NCBI GenBank assembly: GCA_038061755.1
Contig: JBBTYN010000002.1
Span: 15,312 to 79,311, forward strand
Origin: Patescibacteria group bacterium
GTDB taxonomy: Bacteria; Patescibacteriota; Minisyncoccia; Phycocordibacterales; UBA9973
Reading direction: 5' to 3'
DNA length: 64,000 bases
Part shown: positions 48,316-59,300 of the stretch, piece by piece
How positions within the stretch are numbered: the first letter of the stretch is position 1
Layout: every line of letters begins with the position of its first letter
Made by a program: the position numbers and the translations under genes
Notes under the pieces: model-generated
Databases searched by the model: none
The model's input: the letters and a program-made list of their open reading frames with translations, nothing else
Told to the model about the DNA's origin: nothing

Positions 48316-48930
48316 TTACGCTAAAAATTCTTTAACTTTTTCTTGAAAGAAAACTTGCATGTTTGTTTTTGATTGTTGTTTCTGAAGCCAGATAATCGCT
48401 TCATCGTCTAAATCCTCTGGTGATGTTAACTGCTCGCAAAACAATCTATCATTAAAAGTGTCATTATATTTTTCTTTTGCATCTAAAATTAGTGTTTCTA
48501 AGGTTGCATGTTTTTCAAAAAGAATAAAATATAAATCAACATAATCCTTAAAAGATCGCCTACGTCCAATGGTATAGGCTTTCATAGAAGCAATATCTAA
48601 AACAGAAGCTAGCGGTACAATGTTTGTATCAATAGTTTTATATTTCAAAATGAATGGATAATGCAAAAAAGTCATCTTAACATTTTCCACCATCAAAGTA
48701 AGTTCATTTTTTGTATTTACTAAAACAGAAACGGAATTGAATTTTTCTTCAATTTTTACAACTAAAGTTTTCTTAATAGGGTCGGGTGAAAAAAAATCTA
48801 AATCAACAGAAATACGATGCCCTATTTGTAAAGCTAGAGCTGTGCCTCCAGCTAAATAAAAATTATCACGCAAAAAACCACACATATCCCAAACCTTTTT
48901 TGTTTCTTGATTTAATGATTCGTAATGCAT
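48316..48930 (-). CDS. AbiEii-like nucleotidyltransferase toxin
   Basis: YLAGGTALALQIGHRISVDLDFF, MK....RR..KDYVDLY. Confidence 0.88.
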   Translation of the reverse strand: MHYESLNQETKKVWDMCGFLRDNFYLAGGTALALQIGHRISVDLDFFSPDPIKKTLVVKIEEKFNSVSVLVNTKNELTLMVENVKMTFLHYPFILKYKTIDTNIVPLASVLDIASMKAYTIGRRRSFKDYVDLYFILFEKHATLETLILDAKEKYNDTFNDRLFCEQLTSPEDLDDEAIIWLQKQQSKTNMQVFFQEKVKEFLA

Positions 48931-48941
48931 ATTTTTTTAAC

Positions 48942-49181
48942 TTAAACAAACATCATACGCGCTAATTTTATGGCAGAAGGTCTGACAGCTGAAACAGAAA
49001 TATTATTGAGAACTTTTTTGACTTCCGGAATACCATAAAAGAATTTTATCCAACGCCAATGCTCAAAATTGCCATATAAAATGGTATTTGTAATAATTGT
49101 ATTTTTCATCTTTATGGGATCACATTTTTCAAAATCATATGACCATAATATAGACTTAAAATTATTAGGTATTTTATTCAT
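48942..49181 (-). CDS. Putative cognate antitoxin (DUF6922-like)
   Basis: LWSYD...D....II..IL.YG...W.W...FYG; directly upstream of the toxin. Confidence 0.7.
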   Translation of the reverse strand: MNKIPNNFKSILWSYDFEKCDPIKMKNTIITNTILYGNFEHWRWIKFFYGIPEVKKVLNNISVSAVRPSAIKLARMMFV

Positions 49182-49245
49182 ATATACATTATAACATAAT
49201 TTAGATTGCATTTAAATAGCACTTATGATATTGTTTTCATGTATG

Positions 49246-49271
49246 AGTCCTGTAGCAACAGGGCTTTTTTT
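49246..49271 (+). terminator. Leader terminator/attenuator upstream of nusA
   Basis: agtcctgt-agca-acagggct-ttttttt. Confidence 0.6.
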
Positions 49272-49377
49272 AATAAAACTTAATAAAAATTGCGTCGCGT
49301 TTTGGCCGCGTCCTAAAGGACTTACGCGGCATGATTCCGCAGAATCAACAATTACACGACGTGATTTCGCAAAATCA

Positions 49378-50514
49378 ATGTTAGATATAAAAACATTCAA
49401 ATCAGCTTTAGAACAATTGGAAGAAGAACGAAAAATTCCAAAAGCAAAAATACTAGAAGCAATAGAGCAAGCGATGGCCGCGGCTTATAAAAAAGATTAC
49501 GGAAAAAAAGGACAAATTGTTCGAGCCAAGTTTGATATGGAGACTGGAAAAACAGATTTCTTCCAAATAAAAATCGTGGTAGATGAAAGTATTGCTATAA
49601 TAGATGCAGATGATGAGTCAATTACAGGTGATGACGAACGTGTGCATTTTAATTCCGAGCATCACATCCTTCTCGAAGACGCAAAAAAAATAAAAAAGGG
49701 GGTAGAACTTAATGATGAAATTATTTTCCCATTAGAACAAAAAGATGATTATGGACGCATTGCCGCGCAGACCGCCAAGCAAGTCATCATCCAAAAAATT
49801 CGTGAAGCAGAACGCACTTCTATCATAGACGAATACGGCACTAAAGAAGGAGAAGTTATTTCTGGCATAGTTCAAAAAGTAGAACGAGGAAATGTTTATG
49901 TTGATTTCAATAGAGCGACAGGAATATTGCCTACTGAAGAACAAATTCCAGGAGAATACTGGACCCGAGGACAAAGAATCCGAGCTTACCTTTATAGTGT
50001 GGAAGACACGCATCGAGGTATAAACTTGCGTCTTTCTCGGACTCATCCTAAATTTGTAGAAAAACTTTTTGCCATAGAAGCGCCAGAAATAGAAAATGGC
50101 GTAGTGGAAATAAAATCTATCGCTCGTGAAGCAGGCGCCCGTTCAAAAATCGCGGTTTATTCAAACGATGAACACATCGACCCAGTAGGTTCTTGTGTTG
50201 GACAAAAAGGAACTCGAGTAAACACTATTACCACAGAACTTTCTGGAGAAAAAATTGACATAATTCCTTGGTCCGAAAATCCTACCCAATTTGTTTCTAA
50301 TTCTCTTTCCCCAGCAAAAGTTATTTCAATTGTTATAGACGAAAAAGAACACAAGGCAATTGTAGAAGTGGCAAATGACCAGCTATCCCTCGCTATCGGC
50401 AAAGGTGGACAAAATGTGCGCCTTGCAGCCAAACTCACTGGATGGAGAATAGATATTAAGGGTGATGAAAAAATTGTTGAAAGTGAAGTTAAAAAAAGTG
50501 AAGTTGTAGAGTAA
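49378..50514 (+). CDS. nusA: Transcription factor NusA
   Basis: GRIAAQTAKQ, AREAG.RSKIAV, LSLAIGKGGQNVRLAAKLTGW.IDI; start MLDIK. Confidence 0.97.
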   Translation: MLDIKTFKSALEQLEEERKIPKAKILEAIEQAMAAAYKKDYGKKGQIVRAKFDMETGKTDFFQIKIVVDESIAIIDADDESITGDDERVHFNSEHHILLEDAKKIKKGVELNDEIIFPLEQKDDYGRIAAQTAKQVIIQKIREAERTSIIDEYGTKEGEVISGIVQKVERGNVYVDFNRATGILPTEEQIPGEYWTRGQRIRAYLYSVEDTHRGINLRLSRTHPKFVEKLFAIEAPEIENGVVEIKSIAREAGARSKIAVYSNDEHIDPVGSCVGQKGTRVNTITTELSGEKIDIIPWSENPTQFVSNSLSPAKVISIVIDEKEHKAIVEVANDQLSLAIGKGGQNVRLAAKLTGWRIDIKGDEKIVESEVKKSEVVE

Positions 50515-50540
50515 AATTTATTATTAGTTAAAAATCAAAT

Positions 50541-52565
50541 ATGAATCAATTTTTATTGTTTGCAATCATTAGTTCATTTGTGGCTATTGTTTACGGTTTG
50601 TTTCTAGCTAAATCAATATTAAAAAAGAGTCCCGGGAATACCCGTATGCAAGAAATTGCTAAAGCGATTCAAGAAGGGGCTAGCGCTTATTTAAATAAAC
50701 AATATAAAACAATCAGTATTATTGCTGTAATACTTTTCTTTATTATTGGCTTTGTACCAAAACTCGGATGGACTATGGCTTTTGGATTTTTAGTTGGAGC
50801 TGTTTTTTCTGCTTTGGCAGGATATATAGGTATGAATGTGTCAGTCAGAGCGAATGTCAGAACAACAGAAGCTGCCAGAAGTGGAATAAATGAAGCCCTT
50901 TCTCTCGCTTTCAAAGGCGGCACAGTGACTGGACTTTTAGTAGTTGGACTTGCCTTGCTTGGAGTGACTGCTTTTTATGCAATTACAAAAGATGTTACTG
51001 CGCTTATCGGACTTGGTTTCGGCGCTTCACTTATTTCAATTTTTGCAAGATTGGGCGGAGGAATTTTTACCAAAGCAGCTGATGTCGGAGCAGACCTCGT
51101 CGGTAAACTTGAAGCAGGAATTCCAGAAGATGATCCAAGAAATCCAGGAGTTATCGCAGATAATGTAGGAGACAATGTCGGAGATTGCGCTGGTATGGCC
51201 GCTGATTTATTTGAAACTTATGCTGTTACCTCAGTTGCGACGATGCTTTTAGGCTCGCTTCTTTTTGTCGGATTTGAAAATGCAATTTTATATCCGCTCG
51301 TAATTGGTGGAATGGCAATATTTGCATCTATCATCGGTACTTGGTTTGTACGCTTAGGCAAGAGTGAAGGTAAGAATCAAAACATTATGGGCGCTCTATA
51401 TAAAGGCCTTATCGCCTCCGGTGTTATTGCTGCTGCCCTATTTTACCCTGTTACAAAATTACTCATGGCAGGAAATGGCAAATATGAAGTAATGGATTTA
51501 TTTATTTGCTCTCTTGTTGGTCTTTTTGTTACTGGAGCGCTTGTTGTCATCACAGAATATTTTACTTCTACAAAATACTATCCTGTAAAATCTATTGCCG
51601 AAGCATCAATTTCTGGTCATGGCACAAATGTTATTCAAGGTTTGGCTATCTCAATGAAATCTACTGCTCTTCCTTTAATTACAATAGTTTTAGGAATTTT
51701 AATTAGTTACAGCTATGGTGGACTTTATGGAATCGCAGTGGCTGCAATGTCTATGCTTTCAATGACAGGAATTATTGTGGCCATAGATGCCTATGGTCCT
51801 ATCACAGACAATGCGGGAGGTATCGCAGAAATGGCAGAACTTCCAGAATCAGTTCGCAATGTAACTGATCCATTAGATGCCGTAGGAAATACAACAAAAG
51901 CTGTCACAAAAGGTTATGCTATCGGTTCTGCAGGTTTAGCCGCTCTTGTTCTTTTTGCCTCTTATACAGAAGAAATTGTAAAAGCTGGAAAAAGTATCAG
52001 TTTTGATTTGAGTAATCCATATGTAATTATTGGACTCTTTTTAGGAGGACTTCTTCCTTATTATTTTGGTGCGCTTTGTATGGAAGCAGTAGGAAAAACT
52101 GCTGGAAAAGTGGTAGAAGAAATTCGCAGACAATTTAGAGAAATAAAAGGAATTATGGAAGGCACTGCAAAACCAGACTACGCAAAAGCTGTTTCAATTA
52201 TTACTGGCGCTGCTATCAAGCAAATGATCTTGCCTGCCCTCATACCAGTTCTTGCGCCAATTTTAGTGATTATTCTTTTTGGAAAAGAAAAAGGTTTTGT
52301 GGTTTTAGGAGGTCTTCTTGTTGGCTCTATCATTACAGGACTTTTCGTCGCAATTTCAATGACCTCAGGTGGAGGCGCATGGGACAATGCAAAGAAACAT
52401 ATAGAACAAGGCAACCACGGAGGAAAAGGTAGCGATGCTCACAAAGCTGCCGTTACTGGTGACACCGTCGGAGATCCTTATAAAGATACAGCCGGTCCTG
52501 CTATCAACCCTATGATAAAAATCTTAAATATAGTTGCATTGCTTTTAGTTATTTTATTAATCTAG
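50541..52565 (+). CDS. hppA: Membrane-bound H+-translocating pyrophosphatase, K+-independent type
   Basis: [39 protein letters not shown]. Confidence 0.95.
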   Translation: MNQFLLFAIISSFVAIVYGLFLAKSILKKSPGNTRMQEIAKAIQEGASAYLNKQYKTISIIAVILFFIIGFVPKLGWTMAFGFLVGAVFSALAGYIGMNVSVRANVRTTEAARSGINEALSLAFKGGTVTGLLVVGLALLGVTAFYAITKDVTALIGLGFGASLISIFARLGGGIFTKAADVGADLVGKLEAGIPEDDPRNPGVIADNVGDNVGDCAGMAADLFETYAVTSVATMLLGSLLFVGFENAILYPLVIGGMAIFASIIGTWFVRLGKSEGKNQNIMGALYKGLIASGVIAAALFYPVTKLLMAGNGKYEVMDLFICSLVGLFVTGALVVITEYFTSTKYYPVKSIAEASISGHGTNVIQGLAISMKSTALPLITIVLGILISYSYGGLYGIAVAAMSMLSMTGIIVAIDAYGPITDNAGGIAEMAELPESVRNVTDPLDAVGNTTKAVTKGYAIGSAGLAALVLFASYTEEIVKAGKSISFDLSNPYVIIGLFLGGLLPYYFGALCMEAVGKTAGKVVEEIRRQFREIKGIMEGTAKPDYAKAVSIITGAAIKQMILPALIPVLAPILVIILFGKEKGFVVLGGLLVGSIITGLFVAISMTSGGGAWDNAKKHIEQGNHGGKGSDAHKAAVTGDTVGDPYKDTAGPAINPMIKILNIVALLLVILLI

Positions 52566-52694
52566 TTGTAACATTTCTATCTTTACAACGTCATAATTAG
52601 TGTATAATAGACAGGTGTCGAACTTATCTATTATTACTAATTTTACTAATTGTTAATTAATTTGCCCTGCGATAATGTGGGCATAAAAAAATTT

Positions 52695-53561
52695 ATGAAA
52701 AAATATTTGACGTTATTCGTGATTTTCTTGATGGTGTTTGTATTAAGCAATAAAATAGCACGAGCAGAAAATGATATCGATGACTCGTCTAATGACATCA
52801 AAATTGAATCATCTGATGACGAAAACGAAGACAATGATTCTTTGTCTGGCAAAAATAAGGATAAAGACGATGACAACGACGACGACAGTATTAAAGACTC
52901 TTTAGATCAAGACGATGACAACGACGGCATCCTTGATTCAAAAGATTTGAAACCTCTCGACAATGACAACGACGGTGTTAGTGATAAAAAAGATCGAGAC
53001 ACTCAAATTAAAAGAGAAGCTTTGAAGAAAGAATTTGAAGCTAGAAGAGAAGAAATCAAGAAACAAATTAAAGCTATCCGAGAAGAAGCCAAAACTAAAA
53101 TGGAAGCTTTGAGAGAAAGCATCAAGAGCGAAAAAGATGGAGTAAAAGCAAAGATTAAAGACTTGAGAATAAACGGAAGAGAAAAGGCTTTGGTGAGATT
53201 TGACGGAGCTGTAGAGCGAATAAGTAGCTTGAAGGATAAAGTTAACGCTCAAATAGTGAAGCTCGAAGCCAAAGGTGTAAGTGTAGTAGATGCTAAGGCT
53301 TTTGTAGCGACAGCCGAGACAAAATTAGAGAGTGCTAAGACAAAAATTGCAGAAATAAATACTATTCTTGCCGCTTCTGTTGATCAGCTTTCTCTTGAGA
53401 ACAAGACTAAGCTTAGAACATTGGCGCAAGAGACACAGACTTTACTGGTAGAATCTCATCAATCTTTGAAAGATGCGGTTAAATCTTTAAAGGATGAAAT
53501 AAAAACAATGCTTGAAGATTTGAAAAATGCTACAGAAACAGGAAATGAAAGTGCTCAATAA
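52695..53561 (+). CDS. Secreted protein with Asp-rich (TSP3-like) segment and coiled coil
   Basis: Signal peptide; DQDDDNDGILD, DNDNDGVSD; long helical region. Confidence 0.7.
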   Translation: MKKYLTLFVIFLMVFVLSNKIARAENDIDDSSNDIKIESSDDENEDNDSLSGKNKDKDDDNDDDSIKDSLDQDDDNDGILDSKDLKPLDNDNDGVSDKKDRDTQIKREALKKEFEARREEIKKQIKAIREEAKTKMEALRESIKSEKDGVKAKIKDLRINGREKALVRFDGAVERISSLKDKVNAQIVKLEAKGVSVVDAKAFVATAETKLESAKTKIAEINTILAASVDQLSLENKTKLRTLAQETQTLLVESHQSLKDAVKSLKDEIKTMLEDLKNATETGNESAQ

Positions 53562-53588
53562 AATTATAAGCTAAATCATAAAAACAAT

Positions 53589-53810
53589 ATGGAACCAGAA
53601 AAAAAATCAAATGGAGCGTTTATAGGATTAGCGATAATAATTATTATCCTTGTTATTGGTGGCATATATGTTTGGCAATCTAAGGTAGACACGGGTGCAT
53701 TAAACAACAGCGCCCTTACTGCCGAAGAAGCAAAAAGTCTAGATACCCTAGACCAAGACTTAAATACTTTGGATACCAATGTTGGCGTCGATGTAAATAC
53801 TCTACAATAA
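53589..53810 (+). CDS. Small single-TM protein
   Basis: GAFIGLAIIIIILVIGGIYVW. Confidence 0.65.
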   Translation: MEPEKKSNGAFIGLAIIIIILVIGGIYVWQSKVDTGALNNSALTAEEAKSLDTLDQDLNTLDTNVGVDVNTLQ

Positions 53811-53834
53811 AGATTCTCATCTTTAATAAGTCTC

Positions 53835-53870
53835 AAAAGCCCTGTCACCTAAAAAGTGGCGGGGTTTTTT
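53835..53870 (+). terminator. Rho-independent terminator
   Basis: gccctgtcac...gtggcggggt followed by a T-tract. Confidence 0.7.
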
Positions 53871-53904
53871 GACAAAAAAGTAAAATAAATATAAACTAAA
53901 AATT

Positions 53905-54960
53905 ATGAAAATAACAGTTAAAAAACTACCTAGAAGTGAAATAGAAATTGAAGGTGAATTGGAAGCAGATATTTTTGAGTCTTATTTTGCAAAGGCTTTA
54001 AAAAAGCTTGGTGAAAATATAAAATTAGATGGATTTAGGAAAGGAAAAGTACCAGAAAATGTAATGCTATCAAACATCCCAGAAATTACTATCTTGGAAG
54101 AAATGGCAGAGATGGCGCTAGGAGAATATTATCCAAAAATTTTAAAAGATGAAAAAATAGATGCAATTGGTCGCCCAGAAATTTCTATTATTAAATTGGC
54201 GCGTAAAAATCCATTAGGTTTTAAAATCAAAACTGCCGTCTTGCCAGAAATAAAACTTCCCGACTATAAAAACATCTCTAAAAAAATAGTAGGAGATATT
54301 ACTGATGCTGAGAAAAATGTTATTGTCTCTAATGAAGATTTGGAAAATACAATAATGGACATTCGCAAATCTCGCGCGCCCAAGGTACACATGGCGGAGC
54401 ATAAACACAAAGAAGGCAAAGAACATGTTCATCCAGAGCCGGAGCTTCCCGAGCTCAATAATGCCTTCGTTCAAGCGTTAGGTCCCTTTAAAGATGTAGA
54501 AGATTTCAAAAATAAGCTTAAAGAAAATATAAAACTAGAAAAAGAAAATCAACAGAAAGAAAAAACGAGATTAAAAATTGTTGAGGAAATAGTAGAAAAT
54601 AGTAAAATGGATTTGCCAGAGATTTTAATTAAAGTTGAATTGGATAAAATTTTATATCGCATGGAATCCGATATCACTCAAATGGGATTAAAGTTTGAAG
54701 ATTATTTGAAACATCTGAATAAAACAAAAGAAGATTTGAAAAAAGAATTTAGAATTGATGCAGAGAAAAAAGCCAAACTCGCTCTGATTTTAAATGAAAT
54801 AGCAAAAGCAGAAAAAATAGAGGCCGACCCAGAACAAGTAGCAAACGAAGTAGCCGCAATTTTGGAACATTACAAAGACGCAGATCCAGAACGCGCCCAA
54901 ATGCACGCCGAAAACGTTCTAACTAACGAAAAAATTTTTCAGTTTCTAGAGAGCCAGTAG
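53905..54960 (+). CDS. tig: Trigger factor lacking the FKBP domain
   Basis: GFRKGKVP ribosome-binding signature; C-terminal chaperone domain; only 351 aa. Confidence 0.9.
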   Translation: MKITVKKLPRSEIEIEGELEADIFESYFAKALKKLGENIKLDGFRKGKVPENVMLSNIPEITILEEMAEMALGEYYPKILKDEKIDAIGRPEISIIKLARKNPLGFKIKTAVLPEIKLPDYKNISKKIVGDITDAEKNVIVSNEDLENTIMDIRKSRAPKVHMAEHKHKEGKEHVHPEPELPELNNAFVQALGPFKDVEDFKNKLKENIKLEKENQQKEKTRLKIVEEIVENSKMDLPEILIKVELDKILYRMESDITQMGLKFEDYLKHLNKTKEDLKKEFRIDAEKKAKLALILNEIAKAEKIEADPEQVANEVAAILEHYKDADPERAQMHAENVLTNEKIFQFLESQ

Positions 54961-54997
54961 ATTTTCCTCCCCTGATAAGGGGAGGTTAGGAGGGGTT
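54961..54997. repeat. Hairpin repeat related to the ftsK insertion
   Basis: cctcccctgataaggggaggttaggaggggtt. Confidence 0.75.
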
Positions 54998-55074
54998 GTG
55001 TTTTAAAATGAAATAGAAAGAGCAACCCTCAATCTATCTTCAGAATAGAAGAAGTTAAAAAAAAGCAAGGTTGA

Positions 55075-55119
55075 TTATTCACACTTACGAAGATATTTTA
55101 CAAGATCAACTTGCTTCAT
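55075..55119 (-). pseudogene. Truncated HicA-like toxin remnant
   Basis: MKQVDLVKYLRKCE* begins 6 nt after the hicB-like stop. Confidence 0.5.
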
Positions 55120-55125
55120 AAAAAA

Positions 55126-55353
55126 TTAAGCAAAAACAGCTAAACTTTCTCGTGTGATAAGAGATCTGCCTTCGGATTTTCTTGATAAAAGACGATTAGT
55201 TTCAAGTATAAGCAAAAGTGCTTCTTTTAGATTAGCTTTTGTTTCAGATAATGTTTTGCCTTGAGTATTTACACCAGGAATTTCCTCAATCCATCCAGAA
55301 TACCATTTGCCAGACTTTTTATAAACTGCAGTGAATTTTCGTGATTGCTTCAT
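55126..55353 (-). CDS. HicB-like antitoxin
   Basis: WY....EEIPGVNTQGKTL.E...NL.EA. Confidence 0.85.
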   Translation of the reverse strand: MKQSRKFTAVYKKSGKWYSGWIEEIPGVNTQGKTLSETKANLKEALLLILETNRLLSRKSEGRSLITRESLAVFA

Positions 55354-55405
55354 AAGTCTAATATATCAAAACCTAAAACAAATATCAAGAAAATTGTATT
55401 TATTT

Positions 55406-56320
55406 TTACAACCCTAGAGCATAACAAAGAAGCGCCATGCGGACATATAGGCCATTTTGAGCTTGGCGGAAATAAACTGCGCGAGAGTCAGCATCAATTT
55501 CCAAATCAATTTCATTTACTTTTGGAAGCGGATGCATAATAATCGCATCTTTTTTCATATTTTTTAAATATTCTTTCTTGAGAATAAATAAATCTTTTAC
55601 TTTGTTATAAACTTTCGCATTACTAAAACGCTCTTTTTGCACCCGAGTCATATAAAGCACATCAAGTAGAGATAATTTTTCTTCCAAACTTCGCAGTTCT
55701 TCAAAAACTACACCATCATCCTTTAATTCTTTAATATATTCTCTAGGTAATTCTAATTCTTTAGGTGAAATAAAATAAAACTTATTCCTATTATATTGTC
55801 GCAAGAATGGAACTAAAGATTTAAGTGTCCTGCTATTTAACAAATCCCCGCCAAAACCAATATTCAAATTTGTAAGTCGTCCATGCTCCTTTTTTATTGT
55901 ATAAAGATCCAGAAATCCTTGTGTCGGATGCTGGTTTGTCCCATCCCCCGCATTAATAAGCGGTACCGTAGCCACTTTCGCAGCTTTGTCTAAAGTAAAA
56001 GCTTTCGGATGACGGATGACCACCAAATCAACATATGAACAAAGAATTTTTGTAGTATCCTCAATTGTTTCTCCTTTATGAGTGGAAGAATTTTCTGTCG
56101 CATTTTCTGCAGAAACAATTTTCGCTCCCAGCTTAAGCGCTGCCACTTCAAAAGACAACCGAGTTCTAGTTGAAGGCTCAAAAAAAATACAAGCAATAAT
56201 TTTGTCTTTTAGAATTTGCTTAACTTTCTTTTTCTTGCAATCCTCCTCCATGGTGGATGCTCGAGCTAAAATTTTCTCAATTTCAATTTTTTTAAACTGG
56301 TTAGCTGAAATTATATTCAT
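55406..56320 (-). CDS. pyrB: Aspartate carbamoyltransferase
   Basis: FFEPSTRTRLSF, HPTQ, YMTRVQKER, MHPLP. Confidence 0.97.
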   Translation of the reverse strand: MNIISANQFKKIEIEKILARASTMEEDCKKKKVKQILKDKIIACIFFEPSTRTRLSFEVAALKLGAKIVSAENATENSSTHKGETIEDTTKILCSYVDLVVIRHPKAFTLDKAAKVATVPLINAGDGTNQHPTQGFLDLYTIKKEHGRLTNLNIGFGGDLLNSRTLKSLVPFLRQYNRNKFYFISPKELELPREYIKELKDDGVVFEELRSLEEKLSLLDVLYMTRVQKERFSNAKVYNKVKDLFILKKEYLKNMKKDAIIMHPLPKVNEIDLEIDADSRAVYFRQAQNGLYVRMALLCYALGL

Positions 56321-56327
56321 GGATTTT

Positions 56328-59300
56328 TTAATTATTTAAATATTCTTTATAAGACTTAATTTCTAGGTCTTCCACATTATAATGCGCCAGGGCTTTAATA
56401 AAAGCTCTCGCTAATTGTAAATCTGTAAATAGTGGTATTTGATTATCTACTGTTGCCCTGCGAATACGAAAACCATCTGTCATCACATGCCCTTCATTAT
56501 TTTTTTTATTTGAAAGTGGGGCTTCAGACTTACTTAAAATTACCACAAAAGACACTTTTTTACCTTCAATAATATTTAAAATATTTGGTGTATGCTCAAA
56601 TGCTTTGCGAACTAATTCGCATGGAACACCATGTTTTTTAAAAAATTCAGCCGTTGTGTCTGTCGCAAAAATTGTATAACCTAAGGAAATTAAGATATTC
56701 CCTGTTTCTAAAAATTTCGCTTTATTTAATTCTCCACCAAGAGAAAGCATAACGTTTTTATTTTTAAAATCAAAATTATTAGTACTCAAGATTGACTTCA
56801 AGAGCGCGTCGTCATAATCCTTGCCGAAACAAGCGGCTTCTCCGGTGGAAGACATTTCTACCCGCAAGATCGGATCAACACCAAGCAGTCTAGAAAAAGA
56901 AAATTGTGGCGACTTTACAACCACACTTTTGGGATACACAAAATTATGTATCTTTGCTTTTCCAAAAAAACTATCCACCGCAATTTCAGGAAAATTGGCA
57001 TCCATGGCTTTAGATAAAAGTGGAAAGGTACGACTAGCCCGCACATTAACTTCTATAACAAATGGTATATTGTCTTTTACTAAAAATTGAATATTAAATG
57101 GTCCAGTAATTGAGAGTTCGCGCGCTATTTTTTTAGAAATTTCTTTTAATTGAAATTCAGTTGAAGCATAGACCCTTTGCGTTGGATAGACAATGGTTGC
57201 GTCTCCTGAATGCACTCCAGCATTTTCCACATGTTCAGAAATTCCATAAATCATAAGTTTTCCTTTTTGAGCTACTCCATCAAATTCAAGCTCTTTGGCA
57301 TTTTCTATATATTTGGAAATAGTTACAGGATATTCTGGTGAAAGTATCGCTGCTTTACTTATAAAATTATGTAATTGCTCTTTGTTGTAACAAACCCGCA
57401 TCGCCGCCCCAGAGAGCACATAAGAAGGACGAACCAAAACAGGAAAACCATAATTTTCTGCAAATTTTTCTGCTTCCTTTTTTGAAATAAAACTTTGCCA
57501 TTTGGGTTGTAAGATTCCAAGCTTATCAAGTAAAGCCGAAAAAGTATTACGATCTTCAGCTCGATCAATATCTTCCGCTTTCGTTCCTAAAATAGGAAAA
57601 TTAGAAAGGGAAAGTTTTTTCACTAGATTGTTTGGTCTTTGTCCTCCCACAGAAACTATAAACCCACCAGCTTCTTCAAACTCAAAAATGTCCGCTACTG
57701 TTTCAAAAGATAAATTTTCAAAATAAAGACGATCTGACATATCATAATCAGTTGAAACAGTTTCAGGATTGCAATTTATAATAATTGATTGTTTTTTATA
57801 TTTCTTCAACGCCAGCGCCGCATATACAGAAGACCAGTCAAACTCAACAGAAGAACCAATATGGTATGGACCACCACCTAAAACAACTATTGCATTTTGC
57901 CCAAGTGGGGACACGTCGTTATGATTCCCACGGTAGGTTAAATATAAATAATTAGTTTTGGCTGGAAACTCCCCAGCTAAAGTATCAATAGTGAAAAAAG
58001 AAGGCAAGATCCTAAAATTTTTGCGTAACTTACGAATTTCTAATTCTGTTTTTCCACATAGATTTCCAATTTTCTTATCTGAAAGACCAGTTTGTTTTAA
58101 ATTTAAAATCGTTTCTTTGTTTAGAACTTTACTTTTTGCAAAAATTTTCTGCGTATTTACAATATTTTGAATTCTAAATAAAAACCACAAATCAATACCA
58201 GTTATTTTATGAATTTCTTCAACACTCACCCCCTTTTTAATACTTTCCGCAATTGCAAAAATTCTTCTTGGGGTCGGAATATTTAAAAATGTTTCTAATT
58301 CTTTTTTATTATTAAAACCATTATCAGTGATACTTTCAAAATCACCAGAATACATTCGCACCGCTTTCTCTAAAGCTTCTTCGAAACTTCTTCCAATAGC
58401 CATTACCTCCCCCACCGACTTCATCGTGCTTCCTATATGCGGAGCAACACCAACAAATTTTGTTAAGTCCCAGCGTGGCATCTTTACCACTATATAATCA
58501 AGAGCCGGCTCAAAAAAACATTGAGTTACTTTTGTAATTTTATTTTCTATTTCAAGCAAACTTGCTCCGAGGGCCAACTTGGCCGCAACATAAGCAAGCG
58601 GATAGCCAGTTGCCTTCGAAGCAAGAGCGCTGGAACGAGACAAGCGCGCATTCACTTCAATCACGAAATAATCAAGTTCACCATTTTTAGGATGCGGATT
58701 AAGAGCATATTGTACGTTACACTCACCGACTATCTTCAAGCTCTGAACAATTTTTATACTTGCTTCTCTTAGGCGATGATACTCTTCATTATTTAATGTT
58801 TGGCTCGGAGCAACAACAATAGAATCTCCTGTGTGAATACCAAGCGGGTCCAAATTTTCCATATTACACACTGTTACAATATTCCCAAACTGATCACGCA
58901 CCACTTCATATTCAATCTCCTTAAAATGATGCAAATATTTTTCAATTAAAACTTGTGGGGATACTGCGAATACGCCTATAACAATTTTTTCTAGCTCTTC
59001 CATATTATGGGCCACACCAGATTTTTGCCCACCCAAGGCAAAGGCAGCTCGAATCATAAGTGGAAAGCCAATTTTTTTTGCCACATCTTTTGCTTCTTTT
59101 AATTTTGTGGCACATCCTGAAGTAGGGACAGGAATATTAATACTTTTTAAATGTTTGGCAAACTTTTCTCTATCCTCAGTTAAAATAATTGATGAAACGG
59201 GGCTACCGAGAACTTTTACATTATATTTTTTTAATATACCTTTTTTCTTAAGTTCCAATCCGCAGTTTAAAGCTGTCTGCCCACCAAAAGACAACATAAT

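Noticed and set aside
49225-49377. N-terminal extension of NusA
   Set aside because: NusA similarity begins at MLDIK; the upstream part is a structured leader.
55000-55062. Possible remnant of a small endonuclease gene after the tig repeat
   Set aside because: Only a few residues of vague similarity; cannot be supported without a search.
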